A model generated the notes under the pieces. That model had not been told where the DNA came from and made no database searches. It saw only the letters and a program-made list of their open reading frames with translations. Position numbers and translations under genes: made by a program. This document shows, one piece after another, positions 13,563-27,063 of a stretch of 64,000 nucleotides of DNA (position 1 is its first letter; each line of letters starts with the position of its first letter). Source of the stretch: Escherichia coli (GTDB lineage: Bacteria; Pseudomonadota; Gammaproteobacteria; Enterobacterales; Enterobacteriaceae); the NCBI RefSeq assembly GCF_003790525.1, contig NZ_CP033635.1. One strand, written 5' to 3'.

Positions 13563-14489
13563 TTAACTTTCTATTTTTACTCTTTTCTCCACCATAAAAT
13601 CAATAAAAGCACGAACTTTAGAGGGCATTCTCACCCGTGATGAAACATATATATAAAATCCAGGAAATGAAACGGCCCAATCCTCAAGAATCGGCTGTAA
13701 CTTGCCCGCATTGATATGTTCAGCGATTGCAAAATCCAGATGTTGAATGATACCCGTTCCATTCAGCGCCATTCGTATCATGCTTTCGTCATCATTAGAA
13801 ATATACTTACCTGACACCTCTATTTCGAACTCTTCATTACCCCCCACAACATTCGAAAACTCCCATGCTGAGAGTGCACCGCTACTTTTATGCCGCAACC
13901 GAAGACAATTATGGTTACTCAATTCCTGAGGAGTTTCAGGAATACCGTGTTCTTTTAAATAATCTGGCGATGCCACAGTAACCAGTTTAATAAGCGGAGA
14001 AACAGGAACGGCAGTCATATGCTCATCCAGTCCTTGCTCAAGACGTATGCCCACATCACAGCCGTCCGCAATAATGTTAGATAAACCGTCATCCATAATG
14101 AGTTCTATCTTTGTTTTGGGGTAACGAGTAAGAAACTCGCCAATATGAGGCTCAACAAGCATCCTTGCTGCAACACGGGAGGAATTTATTCTCAACAGTC
14201 CTGTAGGTTCAAGTTGGGTATCACCGACATCTTTCAACGCATCATCAATTTGCCCCAAAGCCGACACCAGCACTTCATACAGACGCTGTCCTTCCTCAGT
14301 AAGCGACATATTGCGGGTCGTACGGTATATCAGCTTGGTGTTAAGACGTTCCTCAAGAGATTTTAAATTCTGGGACAATGCGGCCCGCGTAATACCCATT
14401 TCAGAAGCGGCTCTGGAAAAACTGCCGGCACGAACAATCAGCGCAAACCAGGCAAGAGAAGGCAAAATTGAAGGCTCTATTTTCATCAT
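13563..14489 (-). CDS. LysR-family transcriptional regulator
   Basis: ORF 13563..14582 trimmed to MMKIEPSILPSLAWFALIVRAGSFSRAA (LysR HTH). Confidence 0.8.
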   Translation of the reverse strand: MMKIEPSILPSLAWFALIVRAGSFSRAASEMGITRAALSQNLKSLEERLNTKLIYRTTRNMSLTEEGQRLYEVLVSALGQIDDALKDVGDTQLEPTGLLRINSSRVAARMLVEPHIGEFLTRYPKTKIELIMDDGLSNIIADGCDVGIRLEQGLDEHMTAVPVSPLIKLVTVASPDYLKEHGIPETPQELSNHNCLRLRHKSSGALSAWEFSNVVGGNEEFEIEVSGKYISNDDESMIRMALNGTGIIQHLDFAIAEHINAGKLQPILEDWAVSFPGFYIYVSSRVRMPSKVRAFIDFMVEKRVKIES

Positions 14490-14645
14490 TGTAAACCTTA
14501 ACTTAACACTGTGATAGATATTAGACCATTGATGATAACCAATACAAGTCATACTATTACGCCGTTCTCGATATGAACACAAATGCCAGTTGCGGATAAT
14601 AGAAATGATATTTAAATCTGTTTAGGCAAATCCCTGGAGCTTGAA

Positions 14646-15566
14646 ATGAAAACTGTTTCGATAAAACACACTTACTGGGATATAGCTGCTGATATCTATT
14701 TCCCTGACGATTTTAATAGTGAAAAAAAGTATCCTGCCATTATCAGTGCCCATCCAATTGGAAGCTGCAAAGAACAGACATCGGGTAGTGTGTATGGTGC
14801 CGCCCTGGCAAAAGCTGGCTTTATCGTCATTGCTTTTGATGCCAGTTTTCAGGGAAGCAGCGGTGGAGAACCGCGTTATCTGGAAGATCCAACAATGCGA
14901 GTAAAAGACTTCAGCATTGTCGTTGATTACCTTACTACCTTACCTTACGTTGATGCCGGGCGTATTGGTGTACTGGGTATTTGTGGTGGAGGTGGATATG
15001 CCATTAATGCCGCAATGACAGAACGTCGGATTAAAGCCATTGGTACTGTCACGGGTGCAAACTACGGGCGTCTTATGCGTGAGGGATTTACAGCGTTTAA
15101 TCCTATCGGAGCACTCGAAGCAATGGCGCAACAAAGAACAGACGAAGCTAACGGCGCAAAACTTCGCGTAGATGATTTGCTCCCTTCTTCTCCGGAAGCA
15201 GCTCTTGAAGCGGGATTAACAGAAATAGACCTTTTTGAAGCAACAGAATATTATCGTTCGCCACGAGGCTGTGCGCCTAATGGGGTAAATCGTTCGCTAT
15301 TTTCACATCAGACTGTTGCCGTGGGCTGGGATGCTTTTCATCTTGCAGAAGTCCTGTTAACTCAACCACTAATGGTTGTAGTGGGCGATAGAGTGGGCGC
15401 TTTTGGTGCCTATCGTGACGGCTGCGAAATTATTGGCCGCGCTGCCTCAAAACATAAAGAGCTGGTCGTGGTTGAAGGTTATTCACATTACGACCTGTAT
15501 GATAAGCCAGAACCTGTGAAACAGGCACTCGACAAATTAATTCCTTTTTATAAAACACATTTGTAA
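14646..15566 (+). CDS. alpha/beta hydrolase, dienelactone-hydrolase-like (Cys nucleophile in GICGGGG)
   Basis: ORF track; divergent from the LysR gene at 13563-14489. Confidence 0.65.
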   Translation: MKTVSIKHTYWDIAADIYFPDDFNSEKKYPAIISAHPIGSCKEQTSGSVYGAALAKAGFIVIAFDASFQGSSGGEPRYLEDPTMRVKDFSIVVDYLTTLPYVDAGRIGVLGICGGGGYAINAAMTERRIKAIGTVTGANYGRLMREGFTAFNPIGALEAMAQQRTDEANGAKLRVDDLLPSSPEAALEAGLTEIDLFEATEYYRSPRGCAPNGVNRSLFSHQTVAVGWDAFHLAEVLLTQPLMVVVGDRVGAFGAYRDGCEIIGRAASKHKELVVVEGYSHYDLYDKPEPVKQALDKLIPFYKTHL

Positions 15567-15810
15567 TAATCTTACAGGGAGATTTCTTATCTCCCTGACA
15601 TTTATCCTTCATTGACTACACAACAATAATGAAATTACTCAAAAAGAAATTTCATTAAAGAAACAAAAAAGCAGTAACTCAATCATTAAGATTATTAGAA
15701 ACCCTTTGAAGGGATTATAAATAAAGCCAGAAATCTTGGTTCCAAAGCTGGCAACAACTAACCAGTTAAAACATACGCATTAAAATCAGATAAACATTTG
15801 AGGTATTGTT

Positions 15811-16953
15811 ATGACAAATAAACACTCATCATTGTTTTCTCCTTTTATGCTGACAGAAAAAATAAAGCTACGTAATCGTATCGTTATGGCTCCTATGACA
15901 ACCTGGTCAGCTAATCCTGATGGAACCATCTCTGAGCAAGAACTCGAATTTTATAAACGTCGCTCACAAAATGTTGGTTTAGTAATAACAGGATGCACCT
16001 ATGTCACGCCAAGCGGCATTGGGTTTACTCATGAATTTGCCGCGTATGACGACCGTTTCATTAACAGCCTTGAAAAGTTAGCAGCTGCAGCCAAAAGTGG
16101 CGGTGCTCCGGCTATTTTGCAGATTTTCCACGCCGGTAATAAAGCCATCCCGGAGCTTGTGCCAAATAACGATGTTATTAGTGCCAGCGCATCAAGTGTA
16201 AAATCTGGTGACTTTATGAAGAGAGTGGTACAAAGCAGGGAAATGACTGAAAACGAAATTCAGGAAACCATTAGAGCATTCGGAGATGTCACAAAAAGGG
16301 CGATTAAAGCAGGTTTTGATGGCGTTGAACTTCATGGTGCGCACGGATTCCTTCTGCAGAATTTCTTCTCCCCTCTATTTAACCAGCGTAATGACCGATG
16401 GGGAGGAGATCTTGAAGGACGTATGCGCTTCCCGCTGGCCGTATTACAGGAAGTAAAAAATGTAGTCTATGAATATGCGACAAAGCCCTTTGCTATCGGT
16501 TACAGAATATCTCCTGAAGAATCTGTAACAGGGGGGCTGCGGATAGAGGATACTTATAAACTCCTTGATCGGCTCATTTCATCCGGTATTTCGTATATAC
16601 ATACCTCGCTGGTCAGTATTAACGATAGCTACCCTGTTGAGTCGCCAAATGGCCCCCGAACAATTGAATTGATTTTAAATCATATTGCAGGCAGAGTGCC
16701 GGTAATCGCCGCAGGTAAAATACGCACACCGTCTCAGGCTCAAGAAGCAATTTCCGCTGGCCTGCCACTTGTTGCGATCGGTAAAGGGCTGGTGATAAAT
16801 CCAGAATGGGTGACTTTAGCTGAATCAGGTAGAAGTCATGAAATTCAAACAGCCCTTAATCCACAACGCGTTCCTGAATTAACCATTCCGGATAAACTAT
16901 GGGATCAAATTCAGGCATCGAAAGGAACTGGCTGGTTTCCGTTAATAGATTAA
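15811..16953 (+). CDS. NADH:flavin oxidoreductase (Old Yellow Enzyme family)
   Basis: ORF track; OYE-like motifs (MAPMTTW…, HGAHGFLLQNFFSP…). Confidence 0.8.
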   Translation: MTNKHSSLFSPFMLTEKIKLRNRIVMAPMTTWSANPDGTISEQELEFYKRRSQNVGLVITGCTYVTPSGIGFTHEFAAYDDRFINSLEKLAAAAKSGGAPAILQIFHAGNKAIPELVPNNDVISASASSVKSGDFMKRVVQSREMTENEIQETIRAFGDVTKRAIKAGFDGVELHGAHGFLLQNFFSPLFNQRNDRWGGDLEGRMRFPLAVLQEVKNVVYEYATKPFAIGYRISPEESVTGGLRIEDTYKLLDRLISSGISYIHTSLVSINDSYPVESPNGPRTIELILNHIAGRVPVIAAGKIRTPSQAQEAISAGLPLVAIGKGLVINPEWVTLAESGRSHEIQTALNPQRVPELTIPDKLWDQIQASKGTGWFPLID

Positions 16954-17426
16954 ATATCGATTACTCTCCCGAGAGTAAAACTATCAAATCAATGAGTAAC
17001 CGATACAGCCTCACAAATTCTTTCAGATAATTAACCCGTCACTGCGGCACGTTCTCTCGTAAGGCGTGCCTGCAGTGTAATCCAGTATGTGTCCGGCATA
17101 GTTGACGGTTTAATAGAACTCAATTCCTCTCCCAGGTCACCAACAACGATATCTTGTATAACACCCCAGGAGATACGACATTATGATGAGATGCGATATG
17201 CTCCTCAGCGCCAATCAACGCCAGGGCTGGGCCAGTCTTGAGATCAGACTCATTCCCGAAACTGACTTCAGGCGACATATATCAATGACGTTGGTGCAAT
17301 AAAAGATAGCCGATGTAATACATCTATTCAAATTTGTGATACATGTCAAAAAATTGGTTGACCAAACTCGTTATTTATATAAGGGCACTTACGAAGTGCA
17401 CTCTTTTTTAAAGCGAGGAAGTACCA

Positions 17427-17528
17427 ATGAAAGAGAATAAAGTACAGCAAATCAGTCATAAACTGATTAATATCGTTGTTTTTGTCGCAATTGTAGAATA
17501 CGCCTATTTATTTCTCCATTTCTATTAA
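17427..17528 (+). CDS. ykgR: 33-aa small hydrophobic protein (MKENKVQQISHKLINIVVFVAIVEYAYLFLHFY), YkgR-like
   Basis: read directly from the sequence (ATG 17427, TAA 17526-17528); below the 60-aa ORF-track cutoff. Confidence 0.5.
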   Translation: MKENKVQQISHKLINIVVFVAIVEYAYLFLHFY

Positions 17529-17857
17529 TAACGGCAATAAACTGTTCACTTCAGTGATATTTAAAATATGCATCCTCTCCCTTTTTTGTAAGTAATTATT
17601 ATATCCGTGGGAGAGGAATATACGCTGTCAGGTAATCAATCAAACTGCGATAAATCATCGGCCAGTAAAGTGGAGATAGCCTCCATTCTCGAAAAATCCA
17701 TACTCTCAGCGAAACCATCATCAATCACTCATCCAGGCGTTTATGGGAGCGTAGCCAATGGCTGCTAACAATGCCAGACTTCCCCGTTGCCGAAATTCCA
17801 CATCCCACAAATAGTCACAGGGATTGGGTGTTGAAATGATCCGGATGAGCATGTATC

Positions 17858-17884
17858 TTTATGGTTATGTTATAACATAACAGG
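17858..17884 (+). promoter_or_regulatory. Zur box (palindrome ATGTTATAACAT) upstream of ykgM-ykgO
   Basis: sequence tatggttATGTTATAACATaacagg ends ~10 nt before the ykgM start; matches the Zur operator pattern. Confidence 0.55.
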
Positions 17885-17889
17885 TAAAA

Positions 17890-18156
17890 ATGATGAAGCC
17901 CAATATCCATCCTGAGTATCGTACTGTGGTGTTCCACGACACCAGTGTTGATGAGTACTTTAAAATCGGCTCGACTATCAAAACAGACCGTGAGATTGAG
18001 CTGGATGGCGTAACGTATCCGTACGTAACAATTGATGTCTCTTCAAAATCGCACCCGTTCTATACAGGGAAGCTGAGAACAGTGGCATCAGAAGGAAATG
18101 TTGCACGATTCACCCAACGTTTTGGTCGTTTTGTTAGCACGAAAAAGGGGGCGTGA
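17890..18156 (+). CDS. ykgM: zinc-independent ribosomal protein L31 paralog (RpmE2 / YkgM)
   Basis: ORF track translation [16 protein letters not shown]…; no CxxC zinc ribbon. Confidence 0.9.
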
Positions 18157-18296
18157 TGAAAGTCCTTAACTCTCTGCGTACCGCAAAAGAACGCCATCCA
18201 GACTGTCAGATTGTGAAGCGAAAAGGACGGCTGTATGTGATTTGTAAATCTAATCCACGTTTTAAGGCCGTTCAGGGTCGTAAGAAAAAACGTTGA
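18156..18296 (+). CDS. ykgO: ribosomal protein L36 paralog (RpmJ2 / YkgO), 46 aa
   Basis: read directly: [46 protein letters not shown]; start overlaps the ykgM stop (tgATG). Confidence 0.85.
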   Translation: MKVLNSLRTAKERHPDCQIVKRKGRLYVICKSNPRFKAVQGRKKKR

Positions 18297-19310
18297 TTTA
18301 AAATTCGACGAATTAACGATATTTGTCTGATTAATAATCAGACCGGATTAATGTTGGTGTATTTATTACACCAGCATTAATTTTCCTGGGGATGTATCTT
18401 CCTGTTCATTTAAGGTCAACTGCCTGACGTTTCTCTCCGAATATTCCATTATATTAATGTTGACTTGTTGACCAGCTTCGCCCTGTATGCTGGCATCAAC
18501 TCTATTTTAGACTGAACACGTCACTCAGTTTCCTCCCTTTGCGACGCAGCCTGCATTTACACTCAAACTATTAAGATGATAAATGTGGTAAATCTGTTGG
18601 TACTGGCATAAAAACGTTTGCGCCACAGGAACGGACTGATCCATCGGTAACCCCATCACCGACGTTCGAGTGCCAGTTAGAGTAACGCGCACAGATGACT
18701 GAATGCAGTGCCCTGGCAAAGAGGCCATCGTTCCTGTGACAACTGGCAGTCTTCGTTTAACTTCACTTAATTTGGCTCTTAGGGGGCTTACCGACATGAT
18801 GACGTACTTACACCTGTTTAATTTTTCATCACTTATTGGAATGAACACCCATAACCATTTTGTGCGGCATGTTAACCCATTAAAACGCCTTACTGATTGG
18901 CAAATCATCTTTAATTATGACTCATGATAGTTTTATATTCTATTTCTTATCATTTAAACTTGTTTTTTTACTAGTCCATTACACAACACATTAAGACTAT
19001 TCCTAACACCTCAGGGCAAAGTTCCTGGCTAATATAAAATGCAAGTAAGAATTGAACGTTATATTGCCAATAACCTTATGAAACTGAATGTCTTTTTCTT
19101 CTTATCAAAAAAGCAATATTTTCATTTTTTGTAAATATTGACTTAACCATGGAATTCATTTTCTGTTCACATATTGACACTCATCAGGAAAAAAACATAA
19201 ATTTAAACCTAATCGAAATAATTAAAACTTAATCTCGTTTAACCTATATTGATATGTGCTACGTATCTTATTTACTTCCGATTTACTAAAGAAACTGAAT
19301 GTACCTGTAA

Positions 19311-19922
<612 letters not shown>

Positions 19923-19996
19923 ACTCCAGGCAAGTTAGTTTTAAAAAATGACTCACCGGGACTTCATGTCCTCAATTCAACTCGGGAAGAAAAGCA

Positions 19997-20584
19997 ATGA
20001 AAAAAAAGGTTCTGGCAATAGCTCTGGTAACGGTGTTTACCGGTACAGGTGTGGCGCAGGCTGCTGACGTAACAGCTCAGGCTGTAGCGACCTGGTCAGC
20101 AACAGCCAAAAAAGACACCACCAGTAAGCTGGTTGTGACGCCACTCGGTAGCCTGGCGTTCCAGTATGCCGAAGGCATTAAAGGTTTTAACTCACAGAAA
20201 GGTCTATTTGACGTGGCTATCGAGGGTGACTCAACGGCTACCGCCTTTAAACTGACCTCACGTCTTATCACCAACACCTTAACCCAGTTGGATACCTCAG
20301 GTTCCACACTGAATGTGGGCGTGGATTATAACGGCGCGGCAGTCGAAAAAACTGGCGATACCGTGATGATCGATACCGCCAACGGCGTACTGGGCGGCAA
20401 CCTTAGCCCGCTGGCTAACGGTTACAATGTCAGCAATCGTACCACCGCACAGGATGGTTTCACTTTCTCCATCATCAGCGGCACCACCAATGGTACCACC
20501 GCAGTAACCGATTACAGCACTCTACCGGAAGGCATCTGGAGCGGCGACGTTAGCGTACAGTTCGACGCGACCTGGACCAGTTAA
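19997..20584 (+). CDS. ecpA: E. coli common pilus major subunit EcpA (MatB)
   Basis: ORF track; signal peptide + pilin-like sequence. Confidence 0.9.
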   Translation: MKKKVLAIALVTVFTGTGVAQAADVTAQAVATWSATAKKDTTSKLVVTPLGSLAFQYAEGIKGFNSQKGLFDVAIEGDSTATAFKLTSRLITNTLTQLDTSGSTLNVGVDYNGAAVEKTGDTVMIDTANGVLGGNLSPLANGYNVSNRTTAQDGFTFSIISGTTNGTTAVTDYSTLPEGIWSGDVSVQFDATWTS

Positions 20585-20641
20585 TCTCTCTGATGTACCA
20601 GCAGGGGTAGCCCCCCTGCTTTATTCCTGGACGGAATTGTT

Positions 20642-21310
20642 ATGAAAAAGCACCTTCTGCCTCTCGCTTTGCTGTTATCCGGAATATCTCCGGCCCAGGC
20701 GCTGGATGTCGGCGATATATCATCGTTTATGAACAGTGACAGCAGCACGCTGAGCAAAACGATCAAAAACAGTACCGACAGTGGTCGCCTCATCAATATC
20801 CGTCTCGAACGGCTCTCTTCACCGCTTGACGACGGGCAGGTTATCTCAATGGACAAGCCGGATGAGTTGCTACTCACTCCCGCTAGCTTGCTGCTACCCG
20901 CCCAAGCCAGCGAAGTGATCCGCTTCTTCTATAAGGGACCCGCAGATGAAAAAGAGCGCTACTACCGCATTGTCTGGTTTGATCAGGCCCTCAGTGATGC
21001 GCAGCGCGATAATGCCAACCGCAGCGCTGTGGCCACTGCTTCCGCCCGCATCGGCACCATTCTGGTCGTCGCACCCCGCCAGGCAAACTACCACTTTCAG
21101 TACGCCAACGGCTCCCTGACAAATACAGGAAATGCGACGCTGCGGATCCTCGCCTACGGCCCCTGCCTGAAAGCCGCCAATGGTAAAGAGTGTAAAGAGA
21201 ATTACTACCTGATGCCGGGCAAGTCGCGTCGTTTTACCCGCGTGGACACGGCGGATAACAAAGGACGGGTTGCACTTTGGCAGGGTGATAAGTTCATTCC
21301 CGTGAAATAG
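20642..21310 (+). CDS. ecpB: ECP periplasmic chaperone EcpB
   Basis: ORF track; operon position. Confidence 0.85.
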   Translation: MKKHLLPLALLLSGISPAQALDVGDISSFMNSDSSTLSKTIKNSTDSGRLINIRLERLSSPLDDGQVISMDKPDELLLTPASLLLPAQASEVIRFFYKGPADEKERYYRIVWFDQALSDAQRDNANRSAVATASARIGTILVVAPRQANYHFQYANGSLTNTGNATLRILAYGPCLKAANGKECKENYYLMPGKSRRFTRVDTADNKGRVALWQGDKFIPVK

Positions 21311-21335
21311 ATAGCTGTGCAGATGGATAACGACA

Positions 21336-23861
21336 ATGCCTTTACGACGGTTCTCCCCAGGACTGAAAGCCCAGTTTGCCTTCGGCATGGTCTTTTTGTT
21401 CGTTCAGCCCGATGCCAGCGCTGCTGACATAAGTGCGCAGCAAATAGGTGGGGTGATTATTCCGCAGGCCTTCAGTCAGGCGCTCCAGGACGGCATGAGC
21501 GTCCCGCTTTATATTCATCTCGCCGGTAGCCAGGGTCGCCAGGACGATCAGCGAATCGGCAGCGCTTTTATCTGGTTGGATGATGGACAGCTACGCATCC
21601 GGAAAATACAGCTGGAAGAGAGTGAAGATAACGCCAGTGTCAGCGAACAAACTCGACAGCAGCTGATGACTCTGGCCAACGCCCCGTTCAATGAGGCCCT
21701 TACCATCCCCCTGACTGACAACGCGCAGTTGGATCTCAGCTTGCGCCAACTGCTGCTGCAGCTGGTGGTCAAGCGCGAAGCGCTGGGCACCGTACTACGC
21801 TCACGTAGCGAAGACATCGGGCAGTCCAGTGTTAACACCCTCAGCAGTAATCTGAGCTATAACTTCGGCGTCTATAACAACCAGTTGCGTAACGGCGGGA
21901 GCAACACATCCAGCTATCTGTCGCTGAATAACGTTACTGCACTGCGCGAACATCATGTGGTGCTCGACGGCTCGCTGTACGGGATCGGTAGCGGTCAACA
22001 GGACAGTGAATTATATAAAGCGATGTATGAACGCGATTTTGCCGGTCACCGATTTGCCGGTGGAATGCTCGACACCTGGAACTTGCAGTCCTTAGGGCCG
22101 ATGACCGCCATTTCAGCAGGGAAGATTTACGGCCTTTCCTGGGGAAACCAGGCCAGCTCCACCATCTTCGACAGCAGCCAGTCAGCCACGCCAGTGATCG
22201 CCTTTTTACCGGCGGCGGGCGAAGTACATCTCACCCGTGATGGGCGGTTACTAAGCGTTCAGAACTTCACCATGGGCAATCATGAAGTGGATACCCGGGG
22301 TCTACCGTACGGTATTTACGATGTGGAAGTTGAGGTCATCGTTAACGGTCGCGTGATTAGCAAACGCACTCAACGGGTCAATAAGCTGTTTAGCCGGGGG
22401 CGCGGCGTCGGTGCACCACTGGCGTGGCAGATATGGGGCGGTAGCTTTCATATGGATCGCTGGTCGGAAAACGGGAAAAAGACGCGACCAGCTAAAGAGA
22501 GTTGGCTGGCAGGTGCCTCGACCTCCGGCTCACTGAGTACGCTTAGCTGGGCGGCAACGGGATATGGATACGATAATCAGGCGGTGGGTGAAACCCGTCT
22601 GACGCTGCCGCTTGGGGGGGCGATCAACGTTAACCTGCAAAACATGCTGGCCAGTGACAGCTCATGGAGCAACATCGCCAGCATCAGCGCCACTCTACCT
22701 GGAGGCTTCAGTTCGCTGTGGGTTAACCAGGAAAAAACCCGCATTGGCAATCAATTGCGACGTAGCGATGCCGACAACCGTGCAATCGGCGGCACACTCA
22801 ACCTGAACTCACTGTGGTCGAAGCTGGGTACGTTCAGCATCAGCTACAATGATGACCGCCGCTACAACAGCCATTATTACACGGCAGATTACTATCAAAA
22901 TGTCTACAGCGGTACCTTTGGTTCGCTTGGCCTGCGGGCCGGTATTCAGCGCTATAACAACGGCGACAGCAGCGCCAATACAGGGAAATATATCGCTCTC
23001 GATCTCTCGCTACCACTGGGCAACTGGTTTAGCGCAGGGATGACCCATCAAAACGGCTACACCATGGCAAACCTGTCAGCACGCAAACAGTTTGATGAAG
23101 GAACCATTCGCACTGTTGGTGCCAATCTGTCACGAGCCATCTCCGGCGATACCGGTGATGACAAAACTCTCAGTGGTGGGGCGTATGCACAGTTCGACGC
23201 TCGTTACGCCAGCGGAACGCTGAACGTCAATAGCGCGGCGGACGGCTACATCAATACTAATTTGACCGCCAACGGCAGCGTCGGCTGGCAGGGTAAAAAC
23301 ATTGCTGCCAGCGGGCGGACTGATGGCAACGCTGGGGTGATATTCAACACCGGGCTGGAGGACGACGGTCAGATCAGCGCCAAAATCAACGGACGGATTT
23401 TCCCGCTTAACGGCAAGCGTAACTATCTCCCGCTCTCTCCCTATGGAAGATATGAGGTGGAGTTACAGAACAGCAAAAACTCACTCGACAGTTACGATAT
23501 CGTCAGCGGTCGCAAAAGTCATCTGACTCTCTATCCAGGCAATGTCGCTGTCATTGAGCCAGAGGTGAAGCAGATGGTTACCGTCTCCGGTCGTATCCGT
23601 GCGGAAGACGGCACACTGCTGGCTAACGCACGGATTAACAACCATATCGGCCGAACCCGAACCGATGAAAACGGCGAGTTTGTCATGGACGTGGATAAGA
23701 AATACCCCACTATCGATTTTCGCTACAGTGGCAATAAAACCTGCGAAGTGGCACTGGAACTCAATCAGGCGCGCGGTGCAGTCTGGGTCGGTGATGTGGT
23801 CTGCAGCGGCCTCTCATCGTGGGCGGCGGTGACGCAGACAGGAGAAGAGAATGAGAGTTAA
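21336..23861 (+). CDS. ecpC: ECP outer-membrane usher EcpC
   Basis: ORF track, 841 aa. Confidence 0.9.
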   Translation: MPLRRFSPGLKAQFAFGMVFLFVQPDASAADISAQQIGGVIIPQAFSQALQDGMSVPLYIHLAGSQGRQDDQRIGSAFIWLDDGQLRIRKIQLEESEDNASVSEQTRQQLMTLANAPFNEALTIPLTDNAQLDLSLRQLLLQLVVKREALGTVLRSRSEDIGQSSVNTLSSNLSYNFGVYNNQLRNGGSNTSSYLSLNNVTALREHHVVLDGSLYGIGSGQQDSELYKAMYERDFAGHRFAGGMLDTWNLQSLGPMTAISAGKIYGLSWGNQASSTIFDSSQSATPVIAFLPAAGEVHLTRDGRLLSVQNFTMGNHEVDTRGLPYGIYDVEVEVIVNGRVISKRTQRVNKLFSRGRGVGAPLAWQIWGGSFHMDRWSENGKKTRPAKESWLAGASTSGSLSTLSWAATGYGYDNQAVGETRLTLPLGGAINVNLQNMLASDSSWSNIASISATLPGGFSSLWVNQEKTRIGNQLRRSDADNRAIGGTLNLNSLWSKLGTFSISYNDDRRYNSHYYTADYYQNVYSGTFGSLGLRAGIQRYNNGDSSANTGKYIALDLSLPLGNWFSAGMTHQNGYTMANLSARKQFDEGTIRTVGANLSRAISGDTGDDKTLSGGAYAQFDARYASGTLNVNSAADGYINTNLTANGSVGWQGKNIAASGRTDGNAGVIFNTGLEDDGQISAKINGRIFPLNGKRNYLPLSPYGRYEVELQNSKNSLDSYDIVSGRKSHLTLYPGNVAVIEPEVKQMVTVSGRIRAEDGTLLANARINNHIGRTRTDENGEFVMDVDKKYPTIDFRYSGNKTCEVALELNQARGAVWVGDVVCSGLSSWAAVTQTGEENES

Positions 23862-25494
23862 CCTACTGATAGCGATGATAATCTTTGCGCTAATCTGGCC
23901 TGCAACCGCGCTCAGAGCGGCAGTGAGCAAAACAACCTGGGCGGATGCTCCGGCACGCGAGTTTGTGTTTGTCGAAAACAACTCAGACGACAACTTTTTC
24001 GTCACTCCTGGCGGGGCGCTGGATCCGCGCCTGACCGGTGCCAACCGCTGGACCGGTTTAAAATACAATGGTTCAGGAACCATCTATCAGCAAAGCCTCG
24101 GCTACATTGATAACGGTTACAACACCGGCCTTTATACCAACTGGAAGTTTGATATGTGGCTGGAAAATTCACCAGTTTCATCTCCTTTAACTGGCTTGCG
24201 CTGCATCAACTGGTACGCTGGGTGTAATATGACCACCAGTCTTATCCTGCCGCAAACCACCGACGCCAGTGGATTTTATGGCGCGACGGTGACCAGCGGC
24301 GGCGCGAAGTGGATGCACGGCATGTTGTCAGACGCGTTTTACCAGTATCTGCAACAAATGCCCGTCGGCAGCAGCTTTACAATGATCATCAATGCCTGCC
24401 AGACCTCTGTGAACTATGATGCCAGCAGCGGCGCACGCTGTAAGGATCAGGCCTCCGGCAACTGGTATGTTCGCAACGTCACCCATACGAAAGCAGCAAA
24501 TCTGCGGTTGATAAATACCCACTCGCTGGCGGAAGTATTTATCAACAGCGACGGAGTACCGACTCTGGGCGAAGGGAACGCCGACTGCCGGACGCAAACC
24601 ATCGGCAGCCGTTCAGGATTAAGTTGTAAGATGGTTAACTATACCCTGCAAACAAACGGGCTCAGCAACACCTCAATCCATATCTTCCCGGCGATCGCCA
24701 ACTCGTCGTTAGCCTCGGCCGTCGGGGCGTACGATATGCAGTTCAGTCTGAATGGCAGTTCATGGAAACCGGTGAGCAATACCGCCTATTACTACACCTT
24801 CAACGAGATGAAGAGCGCAGACTCGATCTATGTTTTCTTCTCGAGCAACTTCTTTAAGCAGATGGTGAACCTGGGGATCAGCGATATCAACACCAAAGAT
24901 CTGTTCAACTTTCGCTTTCAGAACACCACATCACCGGAGTCTGGCTGGTATGAATTTTCTACCTCCAACACGCTGATTATCAAACCCCGTGATTTCAGCA
25001 TCAGTATTATCTCCGATGAATATACTCAGACACCGTCGCGGGAGGGATATGTTGGCAGCGGCGAGTCGGCACTCGATTTCGGCTATATCGTAACCACCAG
25101 CGGTAAAACAGCTGCCGACGAAGTGCTGATCAAGGTGACCGGACCCGCGCAGGTGATTGGCGGGCGCTCCTATTGTGTCTTCAGCTCCGATGACGGTAAG
25201 GCGAAAGTACCGTTCCCGGCGACGCTTTCCTTTATTACCCGCAACGGAGCTACAAAAACCTACGATGCCGGGTGCGATGATAGCTGGCGGGATATGACCG
25301 ATGCGCTGTGGTTGACCACACCGTGGACTGATATCTCTGGCGAAGTGGGGCAGATGGATAAGACCACAGTCAAATTTTCGATTCCAATGGATAACGCCAT
25401 TTCGCTGCGTACGGTAGATGATAACGGCTGGTTTGGCGAAGTCAGCGCTTCAGGAGAGATTCATGTTCAGGCGACGTGGCGTAACATTAACTAA
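23851..25494 (+). CDS. ecpD: ECP tip adhesin EcpD
   Basis: ORF track, 547 aa; overlaps the ecpC end. Confidence 0.85.
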   Translation: MRVNLLIAMIIFALIWPATALRAAVSKTTWADAPAREFVFVENNSDDNFFVTPGGALDPRLTGANRWTGLKYNGSGTIYQQSLGYIDNGYNTGLYTNWKFDMWLENSPVSSPLTGLRCINWYAGCNMTTSLILPQTTDASGFYGATVTSGGAKWMHGMLSDAFYQYLQQMPVGSSFTMIINACQTSVNYDASSGARCKDQASGNWYVRNVTHTKAANLRLINTHSLAEVFINSDGVPTLGEGNADCRTQTIGSRSGLSCKMVNYTLQTNGLSNTSIHIFPAIANSSLASAVGAYDMQFSLNGSSWKPVSNTAYYYTFNEMKSADSIYVFFSSNFFKQMVNLGISDINTKDLFNFRFQNTTSPESGWYEFSTSNTLIIKPRDFSISIISDEYTQTPSREGYVGSGESALDFGYIVTTSGKTAADEVLIKVTGPAQVIGGRSYCVFSSDDGKAKVPFPATLSFITRNGATKTYDAGCDDSWRDMTDALWLTTPWTDISGEVGQMDKTTVKFSIPMDNAISLRTVDDNGWFGEVSASGEIHVQATWRNIN

Positions 25495-26173
25495 GGCCCT
25501 GCTGACAGTGGTCTGTATGCTGGCGGCACCTTTGACACAGGCGATTTCGGTCGGCAATCTGACATTTTCGCTGCCGTCCGAGACTGACTTTGTCAGCAAA
25601 CGTGTAGTGAATAACAACAAAAGCGCGCGGATATACCGTATTGCCATCAGTGCTATCGATAGCCCGGGCAGCAGTGAATTGCGCACTCGACCGGTGGATG
25701 GTGAACTGCTTTTCGCCCCCCGCCAGCTGGCGTTGCAGGCTGGTGAGAGCGAGTATTTTAAATTTTACTATCATGGTCCACAGGATAACCGCGAGCGCTA
25801 CTACCGGGTCTCATTTCGCGAGGTCCCCACTCGCAACCAGACAAGACGTAGCCCAACCGGCGGCGAGGTCAGCACAGAGCCGGTGGTGGTGATGGATACC
25901 ATTCTGGTAGTACGACCACGTCAGGTTCAGTTTAAATGGTCCTTCGACCAGGTGACAGGAACGGTAAGTAACACCGGCAACACGTGGTTTAAGCTACTGA
26001 TTAAACCAGGATGTGATTCGACCGAAGAGGAAGGCGATGCCTGGTATCTACGTCCGGGAGACGTGGTTCATCAGCCTGAGTTACGTCAGCCGGGGAATCA
26101 CTATCTGGTCTATAACGACAAATTCATTAAGATTAGCGATTCCTGTCCGGCTAAGCCCCCTTCGGCGGACTAA
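25463..26173 (+). CDS. ecpE: ECP second chaperone EcpE
   Basis: ORF 25418..26173 trimmed to [14 protein letters not shown] (signal peptide); overlaps the ecpD 3' end. Confidence 0.8.
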   Translation: MFRRRGVTLTKALLTVVCMLAAPLTQAISVGNLTFSLPSETDFVSKRVVNNNKSARIYRIAISAIDSPGSSELRTRPVDGELLFAPRQLALQAGESEYFKFYYHGPQDNRERYYRVSFREVPTRNQTRRSPTGGEVSTEPVVVMDTILVVRPRQVQFKWSFDQVTGTVSNTGNTWFKLLIKPGCDSTEEEGDAWYLRPGDVVHQPELRQPGNHYLVYNDKFIKISDSCPAKPPSAD

Positions 26174-26485
26174 GACTTATCCATCAGACGAGGGAAGAAT
26201 TCCACCTCAGAGACTCAAAAATCGTTTAAATGATGTGGAAGCGATCGTCAATGTCACCTGTAACGATGAGCTTTCTCATATGCACACCACAGTGTTCAGG
26301 AGACACGGAAAGGTACCAGGCGGCCTGCTAACGAGTGGTTTCTTCACGAATTAGGACGTAAAATCGGTAACGGCTGGAAATCATTCAATACTCACACTAT
26401 CGAAAGTACACCAGCCAACCGCGATACGTCCCTGCATACGACGTACCGCAGTTCTCTTTACGATTTATAGCTGTACTGGTGAATT

Positions 26486-26815
26486 ATGAGCAATCTGAAT
26501 CCATGCATGACGTGTGGTGCCTGTTGTGCATTTTTCCGCGTCTCTTTTTACTGGGCCGAAGCCGACGATGCTGGCGGTACCATTCCCGCCAGGCTCACTG
26601 AACAAATATCCCCTTTTCACCGATGCATGAGCGGTACCAATCAGAAAAACCCCCGATGTATTGCCCTTGCAGGAACACCGGGCAAAAATGCCTGCTGCAC
26701 GATATATAAAAATCGATCTTCCACGTGCAGAGAATTCGCCATGTCTGGTGAGAACGGAGTCGTCAATGAGGCTTGCAATCGTGCAAGAGCTAAATACGGG
26801 CTGACACCGTTATAA
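26486..26815 (+). CDS. ykgJ: Cys-rich Fe-S/zinc-binding protein YkgJ
   Basis: ORF track; CxxCxxCC…CC motifs. Confidence 0.75.
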
Positions 26816-26837
26816 ATATGCAATAATTAATTGCACT

Positions 26838-26871
26838 GCCCCGCCAGCTATAATCGCGGGGCTTCGTTTTT
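26838..26871 (+). terminator. rho-independent terminator after ykgJ
   Basis: stem CCCCGC…GCGGGG followed by CTTCGTTTTT. Confidence 0.5.
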
Positions 26872-27021
26872 CAGGGATAACAAAACCCGAAACTTCTTCC
26901 ATCTGCCAGCAACAATGCCTCTTCCTCTATAGTGTTCTCCGGATCTACAGCATCCTGAAGTAGCGCGATGTACTCACTGGCTATCTGCTTCAGAAAGTAA
27001 AAAGCAATGTTTTTAACCTAT

Positions 27022-27050
27022 AAAAATGGCGCTGCATTTGCGCCATTTTT
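27022..27050 (-). terminator. hairpin terminator downstream of yagU (A-run/T-run flanked, potentially bidirectional)
   Basis: aaaaATGGCGCtgcattTGCGCCATtttt. Confidence 0.45.
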
Positions 27051-27063
27051 ATTATTCAATGCA

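Noticed and set aside
18525..18908. 127-aa minus-strand ORF in the ecpR upstream region
   Set aside because: Lies in the long AT-rich regulatory leader of ecpR; no motif; probably non-coding
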